Shown: positions 8,131 through 15,943 of the stretch, piece after piece
How the letters are laid out: each line of letters starts with the position of its first letter
Position numbering within the stretch: position 1 is the stretch's first letter
Source: a virus
Taxonomy: Duplodnaviria > Caudoviricetes
Strand: one strand, 5' to 3'
Length of the DNA: 36,250 bases
IMG/VR virus record: IMGVR_UViG_3300047390_000028
Location: 1 to 36,250 of that record
Position numbers and translations under genes: made by a program
Notes under the pieces: model-generated
What the model was told of the DNA's origin: nothing
Database searches by the model: none
The model's input: the letters and a program-made list of their open reading frames with translations, nothing else

Positions 8131-8279
8131 GCTACACCATGAAAAAATCGATTAGCGGACTTTCGCACGACGACATAAAACGGATATATGACAACAATCC
8201 TAATATGACGTTAAAAGAGTTGTCTAATTTGACGGGATATGCTATCCCGTTTCTTAAAAAACTCTTACTTGAGGGCTGA
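8127..8279 (+). CDS. Small HTH-like protein
   Basis: Not in track; 50 aa containing NPNMTLKELSNLTGYAIPFLKKLL; AAGGA RBS. Confidence 0.6.
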   Translation: MSYTMKKSISGLSHDDIKRIYDNNPNMTLKELSNLTGYAIPFLKKLLLEG

Positions 8280-8349
8280 TTTTCAGTCTATGCGCCGGCC
8301 CACGCGGGCGCATAGGCGGGCAATTTGTCCCGTTACTGGAGTAAATTAC

Positions 8350-8685
8350 ATGATCACAATCACGCACGGGCGCGCGCGCCTTACTGTACAGCCTGAGAAT
8401 GCAGAGCCGATTCGGGACCTACTGGCAAAGATAGACAAAAGCAAAGGCCGCAAAGGCGCCAAGCTCTACCGGCCAAAAGGCCAAGCCAAGCACAATAGCA
8501 ATTCCAGGGACTACCCGCAATTTAACCCTGAATGCATGTTAACCAGTGACTATATAACGGCCTACATTGCGTTAAACCATGGCCGGTTACACCTAATGCC
8601 CTGCGATATCGCGCCTGAGTTAAACCGTACACCGGCCGGCTTGGACCCTGCTATCCCTGAAATTTTCGAGGAAACCATAGAATGA
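8350..8685 (+). CDS. Early hypothetical protein
   Basis: Track ORF 8239..8685; GGAG RBS favours ATG 8350 (MITITHGRARLTVQ). Confidence 0.65.
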   Translation: MITITHGRARLTVQPENAEPIRDLLAKIDKSKGRKGAKLYRPKGQAKHNSNSRDYPQFNPECMLTSDYITAYIALNHGRLHLMPCDIAPELNRTPAGLDPAIPEIFEETIE

Positions 8686-8831
8686 TTGATCTACACGTTC
8701 CATCCTATGGCCTAGTGCTGCAACTACTGAACGCCGCCCTTTGCGAGTTAACGCATAACGAAACCGATGAGGCCATTGCCACAATTGAACAGGCGCGCTC
8801 AGTGCTGGAAAGTCTAGGGGTTGACGCATGA
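8682..8831 (+). CDS. Small hypothetical protein
   Basis: Not in track; 49 aa, ATGA-coupled on both sides, GAGG upstream. Confidence 0.6.
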   Translation: MIDLHVPSYGLVLQLLNAALCELTHNETDEAIATIEQARSVLESLGVDA

Positions 8832-8950
8832 ACTACTATTTAATGGGCTATGAGGACGCGTACGGTGGCGCCGGGTATGACGCGCGCCAGGCCAAAAACC
8901 GCGAATACAACCGGGGCTGGGACGACGCAATAAGGGGTGTAGTGCTATGA
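8828..8950 (+). CDS. 40-aa protein with Rmf-like YxxG(Y/W)xDA motifs
   Basis: Not in track; MNYYLMGYEDAYGGAGYDARQAKNREYNRGWDDAIRGVVL; ATGA-coupled. Confidence 0.55.
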   Translation: MNYYLMGYEDAYGGAGYDARQAKNREYNRGWDDAIRGVVL

Positions 8951-9135
8951 AAATAAAAACCAAAGCACAAGCACAAGCGGACTGGTACGGCAAATTCGCC
9001 GAAGCTCTGGTGACGCATCACCCCGAATTGTCCGGGCGGATCGATTGGGATGCTGCCAAGTATTATTTTTTGTACGGCACGCCGGTACTCGAGGCCGTCG
9101 ATCAATATTGCATCGCCCGGGGGATCGAACCATGA
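8947..9135 (+). CDS. Small hypothetical protein
   Basis: 62-aa ORF in ATGA-coupled chain. Confidence 0.65.
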   Translation: MKIKTKAQAQADWYGKFAEALVTHHPELSGRIDWDAAKYYFLYGTPVLEAVDQYCIARGIEP

Positions 9136-9290
9136 CCCTGTACAGCGTCCAATTATTCGCACCGGGCGCCCGGTACAGCCGGGCCGTCGGCCGGCGCCTA
9201 GTGCCCAGGCACCGGGCGCAGCGCGTCGCTGCATGGTTTAAGCAGCGAGGGCGCGACGCCTACATCGCGCCAGCGAGGGTTACAAAATGA
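9132..9290 (+). CDS. Small Arg-rich hypothetical protein
   Basis: ATG 9132 overlaps previous stop; MTLYSVQLFAPGARYSRAVGRR... Confidence 0.6.
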   Translation: MTLYSVQLFAPGARYSRAVGRRLVPRHRAQRVAAWFKQRGRDAYIAPARVTK

Positions 9291-9490
9291 AAGGCGTACC
9301 CTACACAGTGCGAGGGTTAACCCTCGAATGCGAGTTTGAGTTTGAAGCCGGTGAGCCGGCGACATGGGACGAACCGGGCTGGCCGGACATCTACACGTTA
9401 ACCGGCGCCTGGCTGGGCGGCGTTAACGTCACGGCGATAATTGACCCGGCCATTGTGCAGGAACTAGAAGAGCGGGCGCGATGGCCATGA
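9287..9490 (+). CDS. Small acidic hypothetical protein
   Basis: 67 aa with GEPATWDEPGWP motif; ATGA-coupled. Confidence 0.7.
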   Translation: MKGVPYTVRGLTLECEFEFEAGEPATWDEPGWPDIYTLTGAWLGGVNVTAIIDPAIVQELEERARWP

Positions 9491-9540
9491 TTTACGCCTG
9501 CATTGCGTTACTAATCCGCATTTTGACCGGTAAAAAATAA
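9487..9540 (+). CDS. Possible 17-aa hydrophobic peptide
   Basis: MIYACIALLIRILTGKK, ATGA-coupled and ending exactly at the terminator. Confidence 0.35.
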   Translation: MIYACIALLIRILTGKK

Positions 9541-9563
9541 AAGGGGCCACACGGCCCCTTTTT
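9539..9563. terminator. Bidirectional intrinsic terminator
   Basis: AAAAGGGGCC-ACAC-GGCCCCTTTTT between convergent operons. Confidence 0.85.
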
Positions 9564-11843
9564 CTATTTCACACGCATCAGGCCGGCCGGCGGTAAGTCT
9601 TCGACCATGCGGCGCAGTTCAGACTTAGGTTTACCGGCCAGTTCAGGCGCGCAAAATATATGCTTTTTATTGGTCAATTCGTGCGACATGATCCGGCCAC
9701 AATCCAGCCAGCCGGCCTCGCGCAGCGCGTGCAGCAGCGCGGCCTGGGGTACCTTCACGCCAGCCGGTGCAATGCCGGCCAGCCGGTCGCAAATTGAGTG
9801 AAAAGGCGAGCCGATGACGCCGCGGGCAAATTCGCCCGTGCGCGCGTGCATAGCGGCCACTAAAAACGATTCGGCCGTTGACATGCCATGCTCGACCAGG
9901 TTTAGTTTAAATTCCGTCACCATAGGGGCGGCGCCTGGGTTAAAGGCTGACACGTCACGCGCGGCCAGCCACGCGCCCACGGCCTCAAAACCGCCGGCGC
10001 GATACCATGCCCACATCCGGGCGGCGGTTTCGGGTTTCATTCGGGGCGCGTGGGACCATAGGCAAAACCAGCGCCGGTCTTGAGAATCTAGCGAAATGGG
10101 CACCGGATCGTTTGAGAACGCCAGCACGAAGACCCGGTTAGCCATTTGGTACGGGTGCAGCCCTTTTCGGTTAATGGTTAGCATGTCCGGCGGCGCGGCG
10201 ATGATAGGTTTAAGGCGGTTAGCCAGCGCGCGGCGCTCTTTGGCGTCGGGTTCTTTCAACTCGTTCAGAATCAAAATCTCAGACTCTAACGCGTAGCCAA
10301 ACTGCGACGACATGGTGTCGTTGTCCAGCAGCCCTCGGTTCTTCAGGTGCGGCCCACACACCGCCCAGATAAACGGCGCCCACATGGTGTCTTTGCCGCA
10401 GCCCTGGTCGCCGCCATGCAGCACCGCGTGGTTAATCTTGACTTCGGGGTGTTGCAGCTTGAACGCCATCAGGTCTAGGACATGGTCTAGTTCTTCGGTT
10501 TCGGGCACCAGCACGCGGCAATGCGCCAGCCAAGGCTCGGCGCTACCGACGGCCACCGGCGGGCGGGCGTCACGCCAGCGGTTGCCATACAGGTCGCCGT
10601 CTCGGTTGACCAGCACCGGCTCACCGGCGGCGTAGGTTATGCCGACCAGCGCCTGCGCGCCCTTGGCTTGCCGGTTTTCATCGAAGCAGACAGACGCCTC
10701 GACCTTGCGGCCGGTGTGAATCGACTTGCAGCTTATGTGTCGGAACAGGGCGTTAAATGTAGCGCGCGACACTTCGCGGCGGTCTTGCAGATCAAAATAG
10801 GATTCGTCCTCCTGGACATAGGCAAAGCGGGTGTACCAGTCTTCGCGCTCGATGCGGCCCAGTTCTTTGCGCTCAGTCTCGCGCACGATCTCAGCGGCCA
10901 CGTCGGTGTACATGGTGGTGGGCGTGAGTTTAGCCAGCGCGCTGGACATGGCGCTAACCAGCAGTTCCTCGCGCAGCCCTGGCGCATGGTCTGGCCCGCC
11001 CTGCTCGGCCACCCAGTCTAAGAACAGGCGGCTACCGAACTCCACGCAATGCGAGTGCAGGCAGCAGTAGGCGCGGGTTGATGGCTTGTAGCGCCCTTCT
11101 GGGTTGCCGTCGGTATGCTCGGCGGCGTTAGGGCAGACCACAGCGGCCCAGCCTTCGGCGTTGGGTTTGGTCAGCAGCAAGCCCTCGCTGGACAGCCACG
11201 CCAGCACATCGTCTGTACCATCGTCAGCGATACGAATCGGGCTGTAGGCGCTCTCAACCGGGCCGGGCACGACATTGAGGGCAGCGCAGATTTCCTCTAG
11301 GGTGTACTCACGCTCGGGGTGGAACTCGACAAGCTGCGCGGCAAAGTTATCGCGACCGGGCTTTAGGTTAACGGAGCCGGGCAGTCGGAAGTTACGCACT
11401 GGGTTGCAGGCGCCGGGGTCGGTGTAGCCAGCATTGGCAATGGCACGAATGGCGGCGGCGAACTCGCCCTTGCCCGGCTGCACGCTGAAGACATAACCCC
11501 ACTGAAACGAGCCGGCTGATGTCTCCATGATCCAAGTCGGCGCCAAGGGCGGGGTTTTGCTCTTGGTGCCGATGTCGTCCAGCATCATTACAAGAATGTA
11601 ATCACAGTTGGCGGCACTCGCGCTGACATGATCGGCCATCCGGTCGAGGATAAAGCTGGCGGTGTTGCCGTACCATGACTGGCCGGTTTTAATTTTGTGG
11701 TCGGGCAGGAAGGCGGGCCAGGTGGCTTTGATGGCGCCGTCGGCGTGGTATTGCAGCGTCGTGCCGATGGGTTTTTGACGGACAAGCAAAAAAGTTTCGC
11801 CCTCGGGCGCTAAATTTTTTAGAAACGAGATAAAATCTGACAC
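9564..11843 (-). CDS. Primase-helicase (RepB-like primase domain plus SF3/DUF5906-type helicase)
   Basis: MLDD and ETSAGSFQWGY (RepB'-like), RNFRLPG, Cys/His Zn motif CPNAAEH...CLHSHC, Walker A GDQGCGKD, Walker B LILNE, SQDRRWF; GTG start with GGAGG RBS. Confidence 0.85.
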   Translation of the reverse strand: MSDFISFLKNLAPEGETFLLVRQKPIGTTLQYHADGAIKATWPAFLPDHKIKTGQSWYGNTASFILDRMADHVSASAANCDYILVMMLDDIGTKSKTPPLAPTWIMETSAGSFQWGYVFSVQPGKGEFAAAIRAIANAGYTDPGACNPVRNFRLPGSVNLKPGRDNFAAQLVEFHPEREYTLEEICAALNVVPGPVESAYSPIRIADDGTDDVLAWLSSEGLLLTKPNAEGWAAVVCPNAAEHTDGNPEGRYKPSTRAYCCLHSHCVEFGSRLFLDWVAEQGGPDHAPGLREELLVSAMSSALAKLTPTTMYTDVAAEIVRETERKELGRIEREDWYTRFAYVQEDESYFDLQDRREVSRATFNALFRHISCKSIHTGRKVEASVCFDENRQAKGAQALVGITYAAGEPVLVNRDGDLYGNRWRDARPPVAVGSAEPWLAHCRVLVPETEELDHVLDLMAFKLQHPEVKINHAVLHGGDQGCGKDTMWAPFIWAVCGPHLKNRGLLDNDTMSSQFGYALESEILILNELKEPDAKERRALANRLKPIIAAPPDMLTINRKGLHPYQMANRVFVLAFSNDPVPISLDSQDRRWFCLWSHAPRMKPETAARMWAWYRAGGFEAVGAWLAARDVSAFNPGAAPMVTEFKLNLVEHGMSTAESFLVAAMHARTGEFARGVIGSPFHSICDRLAGIAPAGVKVPQAALLHALREAGWLDCGRIMSHELTNKKHIFCAPELAGKPKSELRRMVEDLPPAGLMRVK

Positions 11844-11866
11844 GGTAGTTCCCTCCTTGAAGTTTT

Positions 11867-11895
11867 AGCCCCCGTCTAACCACGGGGGCTTTTTT
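11867..11895 (+). terminator. Terminator-like hairpin with T-tract on the antisense (+) strand
   Basis: AGCCCCCGT-CTAACC-ACGGGGGCT-TTTTT between pol and primase genes. Confidence 0.55.
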
Positions 11896-13822
11896 ACGAA
11901 TATCGGGTTGTCGTCGCACCCTCAGCAGCTAAGGGTAAACCCGTAGCCCATGCTGGCGGTTCGCACATGACGCGGTGCATGGCTACGCTGACTGACTCAG
12001 CCTGATCGGCTGAGCATTCCACGACGATCTCGTCATGCACATGCAGGACGACATCATCTATTTGGCGTAGGGAATGACGCAGAATATCGTGGGCAGCAGC
12101 CTGCGTCACGTTCTCGACTGCCAAGCCGCGCCACAGGCGGGCGCGGGGCCATTCTTTGGCGTCAGCGGCGGGTTTCCAAGCAGCTTTGGTGTACGTCACG
12201 TTGCCTTCTTCATCGAACTTGGCATTGGGATAACACAGCACCCTGCCGGAAGGTAAACTGTACCAGAGCATGGCGCCGTCGAACATATAGGTAACCCTGC
12301 CCGCGCTAAATTCATGGCCTTTATTTCGCATGGCGCGCATGTACGCGCCCTCCAGCGCGCTGCCGTGCTGCATGGCCCAAGGGTTTGCCCTGCGCCAGCC
12401 CTCCACAGCCCGCTGGACTTCGGCGCCGGTTAGGTGTATGCCGTAGGCGCGGCCAAACACCTCAAAGGCGCCCGCCCCGCCTAGAAAGCCAAGGGCCAGT
12501 TCCTGCACCTTACCGACCTGGCGCTGGTCGCCGGTTACTTCCTCGTAAGGCACCCGAAAAGTAGCGGTGGCGTTGACTTTATACGGGTCAAGGCCCGACC
12601 GGAACACGTCAAGTTTTTCTTCACCGGCTGGGCAGTTGGACAGCCACGGATGTACGCGGCCCTCTATGGCCGACCAGTCATAGGCGATCAATACATGGCC
12701 GGGTTTGGCGATCAGTGCGGGCCGGAGCATTGATTTGAGAACATCAGTAATGCGTCTTCCAAATCTTGGAGTGATTGAGTGTCCGCGCACCATAGCGTTG
12801 CGTACTTCATCAGGTGCTTTGGCGCATTTGCGGGTAAAGTTGTGAACCTGTGCGCCATAGCTTGACGCACGTCCGGTGGCAGACCCTCCAGCAAAAACGA
12901 AAGCGCCTCGGACTCGGTGATCCTCCTCATCGGCAAGTTGCTCAAGGCGGCTGAATTTCGCAACCGAAGACGCCCAGAGGTCGTCCGCGCATTGAATAAC
13001 GTCCGCAACATGGGCCGGAATCTCATCGTGGTTCTCCATCGCAAGCAAGTTAGCCCGCACAGTTTTGTCGATTGAATATTTCTCGCCAGTCCACATCAGC
13101 TTCTTGGCCTCTGGGCCTACGCGCTCCAAGACCCACTCGCGCATCTTAGGCGAGCGAACGCTGGTGATCTGGCCCTCGGTCACCTCGGCCACGATCTGCT
13201 GGATTTCTTCTGTTTCCGCAGCGGCAAAGCGCACGGCAGCGGCGCACAACGGGGCGTCCACCAGCACGCCTCGGTCGTTGATGCGCTCGTTGACGTGGTA
13301 GTCCAGTAGTTCGTCAGCACTTAGTGGCCGCATGGCTTGGCTGACGGCCCGCATGGCGCGCACGTCCGTCTCGCAATAGGCCACCATCTCGGCCATGAGC
13401 GTGGCGTCCTCGCGGAACTGACCATTAGCCTGCGGAACTGACAGCAGCCGGATCAGTTGGCTACCGCGATGGTCTTTCTTCATACTGGCGCCGGCAAAGC
13501 GGCCAGCGTCCTCAAGCGAGCCAGGCGCACAGTTGGCTCTAGCCTGCGCGGCGGTGCAGTAAAACTGCTCCAGTTTGAAGTTGATCTGTAGGACGTACCA
13601 GAAGATCAGGCGCTCGAACGCCGCATTGTGGGCGTAGATCAGGCCGGTGTACTGGCGCACTGCATCAGGAAAGGGCTGGCTGGGTAGCCATGTCTGCACC
13701 TCGCCATCGTCAAAGGCGTAGGACATGCACAGCACCTCGGTCGATGCGTGTTGAGCGTAGTTGTAGACGCCGTGCTTTTTAAGGTCACAGTGGCTGCGGG
13801 TTTCGAAGTCTAGGTAGAGCAT
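11894..13822 (-). CDS. DNA polymerase family A with 3'-5' exonuclease (APSE/SPO2-like type)
   Basis: ExoI DFET, ExoII AHNAAFE, ExoIII YCETD, motif A DWSAIE, motif B RQVGKVQELALGF, motif C HVHDE. Start moved to ATG 13822 (MLYLDFETRS). Confidence 0.93.
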   Translation of the reverse strand: MLYLDFETRSHCDLKKHGVYNYAQHASTEVLCMSYAFDDGEVQTWLPSQPFPDAVRQYTGLIYAHNAAFERLIFWYVLQINFKLEQFYCTAAQARANCAPGSLEDAGRFAGASMKKDHRGSQLIRLLSVPQANGQFREDATLMAEMVAYCETDVRAMRAVSQAMRPLSADELLDYHVNERINDRGVLVDAPLCAAAVRFAAAETEEIQQIVAEVTEGQITSVRSPKMREWVLERVGPEAKKLMWTGEKYSIDKTVRANLLAMENHDEIPAHVADVIQCADDLWASSVAKFSRLEQLADEEDHRVRGAFVFAGGSATGRASSYGAQVHNFTRKCAKAPDEVRNAMVRGHSITPRFGRRITDVLKSMLRPALIAKPGHVLIAYDWSAIEGRVHPWLSNCPAGEEKLDVFRSGLDPYKVNATATFRVPYEEVTGDQRQVGKVQELALGFLGGAGAFEVFGRAYGIHLTGAEVQRAVEGWRRANPWAMQHGSALEGAYMRAMRNKGHEFSAGRVTYMFDGAMLWYSLPSGRVLCYPNAKFDEEGNVTYTKAAWKPAADAKEWPRARLWRGLAVENVTQAAAHDILRHSLRQIDDVVLHVHDEIVVECSADQAESVSVAMHRVMCEPPAWATGLPLAAEGATTTRYS

Positions 13823-13862
13823 TTTCCAATGCCCACTCTTGCGAATGGGCATCAGGAAAGGC

Positions 13863-14495
13863 TTACGCTGCGCGGCGGCGGCGTCCGGCTGGCGCTGGCG
13901 CTTCTTCGGCAGCCTCTGCGGGCTTTTCATCCGCATCCATACCAACCCACTCGACTACGCTAAAGACCGGCGTGTAAATCTTGCCGTAGCTTTTGTGCGC
14001 GTAGTGGTCTTTCTTCAGCTTGATGATAGCCACTGGCTTGGTCTGATCCTTCTCGACTTGCTCGGCCAAGGCGACTGCCAAGGCTTGCACGGCGCGCTTA
14101 CCGCCCACGCTGGTGGTGGTGAACCGCGCTTCCATGCCCTTGTCTTCACCAGACAGACACTTGAGCGACATGCCGACTTGCGTCTCCCAGCCCTTCTTGG
14201 CGCTAGGCGGTGCAATGTCAAGTTCAGGCAGTGGCTGGCTTACGCTTGCCATCTTCTCGCCTAACACTTCACCGTCACCCCAAGCGATAAAGCCGTGGAC
14301 GAACGAGAAAGGATTGACGGCCCAGGTGGCTTCGTCTTCGACTTCGGTCTGATCGGCGCCGAACACCCAATGGCCGGTCTTGTCCATCTTCAAGATGACA
14401 ACGCCGGCTGGGCCAACATCAGTGGCGATTGAACGCAGGGAAGTAGCGAGGGAGGAGACTGCTGGAAGGCCAGCGGATTTAAATACAGTTAACAT
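13863..14495 (-). CDS. Putative single-stranded DNA-binding protein
   Basis: Lies between Cas4-like nuclease and polA, the usual SSB slot; YGKIYTPVF motif and acidic tail ending RRRRAA. Confidence 0.65.
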   Translation of the reverse strand: MLTVFKSAGLPAVSSLATSLRSIATDVGPAGVVILKMDKTGHWVFGADQTEVEDEATWAVNPFSFVHGFIAWGDGEVLGEKMASVSQPLPELDIAPPSAKKGWETQVGMSLKCLSGEDKGMEARFTTTSVGGKRAVQALAVALAEQVEKDQTKPVAIIKLKKDHYAHKSYGKIYTPVFSVVEWVGMDADEKPAEAAEEAPAPAGRRRRAA

Positions 14496-14504
14496 ATTTT
14501 ACCT

Positions 14505-15599
14505 TTACATTAATTTAGAAAGAGCGGCGTTTAACTGCTGCCCGATGAGTACAACTGCTGGCCGAGGATCGCTCTCCGGTGCAATTGTGTTACCTGAACT
14601 GATCGCTACTGTCAGCCCGTCCGGCAGCTTGAGTTTCTGCGCTTTAAGCAGCTTCTCGGCAGCAGCCGGACTGACCAACTTAGTCTCGATCACTTCAGAT
14701 TCTTTCAGGTGCTGGAGCAGCGCCGCTTTGGCGTCCTCCTCCTTCACCCACGATCTTGTGGCCCGCTTGGGCACCATCTTCCAGCCTGGTACGGGCTTGC
14801 CTTTTTTCATCATCTCCTCGGCCAAAGCGCGAAGGTCTTTGATCCAATCTTCAAGGAGGTCTGCATTGTGTAGATACGCGCCGATCTTGTCAACGTCTAT
14901 CTTTTCCATCTTGATGGCAACAGCGCGGTCAACAGCGCCAGTCATCACGGGGCACACCGGCTTGGCGCTGCACCAGCGGCAGTGGTCACCATTCTTTAGC
15001 GGCGCGTCAGGCTGCTGGGCCAGCTTGACAGCCCTTATAAGGGTTTGCTCGAATTGCTTGATGCGCTCGATGGTGGTCGTCCAGCGCTTAATGGTAGGTG
15101 GCTGAATGATGACCAACTCAACTTCTGTTGCGCCATCAAACACCCACTTCGCCTCGGGCGTACGCATGGCAGCAGCAGCGTAGAACATAAGCTGCTCGTT
15201 CTCCTCGGCGGGCACCGGCACGCCAGCGCCAAACTTCCAGTCTAGGATGATCGCCTTGTTGCCAATGCGGCCCATCAAATCGGTCGAGCCAAAGACACCC
15301 GGCAGCAGATCACCAAAGCCGACACGGGTTTCGATTGCGTACTCCATTGTCTTGTCGGGGTCTATTTCATCAAGCAAGTCTAAGGCGGGCCAGAGTTTGT
15401 CTTGAATAAGTTCTTGGCTGCAAGTAAACCTGTAGTCGAGATCACCTAAAAAGCGGCTGATCTCATCGTGCAGTAGTGTGCCTTCTTCGGCGTAGCTGCT
15501 GCTGGGCTGCGGCGGCATCTGAGCTACCAAGGCCACTGAGCCTGGGCAGTTGATGACGCGCTTGGCGGTGCTGCCGCCGACGATCTTTGAGTGTTGCAT
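14505..15599 (-). CDS. Cas4-like PD-(D/E)xK exonuclease (DUF2800 type)
   Basis: N-terminal CPGS, EGTLLH, GSTD, DWKFG, QLMFYA, HCRWCSAKPVC. Confidence 0.85.
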   Translation of the reverse strand: MQHSKIVGGSTAKRVINCPGSVALVAQMPPQPSSSYAEEGTLLHDEISRFLGDLDYRFTCSQELIQDKLWPALDLLDEIDPDKTMEYAIETRVGFGDLLPGVFGSTDLMGRIGNKAIILDWKFGAGVPVPAEENEQLMFYAAAAMRTPEAKWVFDGATEVELVIIQPPTIKRWTTTIERIKQFEQTLIRAVKLAQQPDAPLKNGDHCRWCSAKPVCPVMTGAVDRAVAIKMEKIDVDKIGAYLHNADLLEDWIKDLRALAEEMMKKGKPVPGWKMVPKRATRSWVKEEDAKAALLQHLKESEVIETKLVSPAAAEKLLKAQKLKLPDGLTVAISSGNTIAPESDPRPAVVLIGQQLNAALSKLM

Positions 15600-15627
15600 G
15601 TACTGTCCTTTAGTTGATGAGGCGTTC

Positions 15628-15660
15628 AGTGTAGCATAAAAAATAAAAGTGTGCTAAACT
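15628..15660. promoter_or_regulatory. Back-to-back divergent extended -10 promoters
   Basis: TGCTACACT on minus (15628-15636) and TGCTAAACT on plus (15652-15660), separated by an A-rich 15 bp. Confidence 0.6.
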
Positions 15661-15667
15661 TTTTTAC

Positions 15668-15943
15668 ATGCTTGAAAAACAAATCGAACGCTACCTTGTT
15701 GATCGTGTCAAAGCGATTGGCGGTGTGGCTTACAAATTCACCAGCCCCGCGCACCGTGGTGTGGCTGACCGTATCGTCTGCTTTCCTAACGGCCAGACAT
15801 GGTTTGTTGAGGTCAAGACCGAAAGCGGCAGGCTGTCGCCCTTGCAGAAGGTTTTCATGTCGGACATGGCACGCATGAATCAAAACTACGTATGCCTATG
15901 GAACAAGGATCAGATCAATGAGTGGCTCAATGAAGTTGCGTGA
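15668..15943 (+). CDS. VRR-NUC domain nuclease (putative Holliday junction resolvase)
   Basis: EKQIE, GVADRI, FVEVK, GRLSPLQ motifs. Confidence 0.88.
   Translation: MLEKQIERYLVDRVKAIGGVAYKFTSPAHRGVADRIVCFPNGQTWFVEVKTESGRLSPLQKVFMSDMARMNQNYVCLWNKDQINEWLNEVA

Noticed and set aside
8276-8335. Self-cleaving ribozyme or tRNA
   Set aside because: No hammerhead CUGAnGA/GAAA core, HDV-like pseudoknot or cloverleaf could be built by eye; kept only as hairpins.
8239-8349. ORF-track N-terminal extension of the 8350 gene
   Set aside because: Overlaps an HTH-like ORF and a hairpin; the RBS supports ATG 8350.
11930-11946. TAAGGGTAAACCCGTA as a second copy of the 6262 palindrome
   Set aside because: Imperfect and inside the polymerase coding sequence; likely coincidental.
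13823-13945. N-terminal extension of DNA polymerase given in the ORF track
   Set aside because: Overlaps the SSB gene; the exonuclease motif begins right after ATG 13822.
14380-15105. Long antisense ORFs (this 241-aa one, 3187..3792, 20637..21149 and similar)
   Set aside because: Shadow frames opposite well-supported genes, with no RBS or recognisable motifs.
14505-15599. Cas4 as part of a CRISPR system
   Set aside because: Stand-alone DUF2800-type nuclease in the standard nuclease-SSB-polA phage module.
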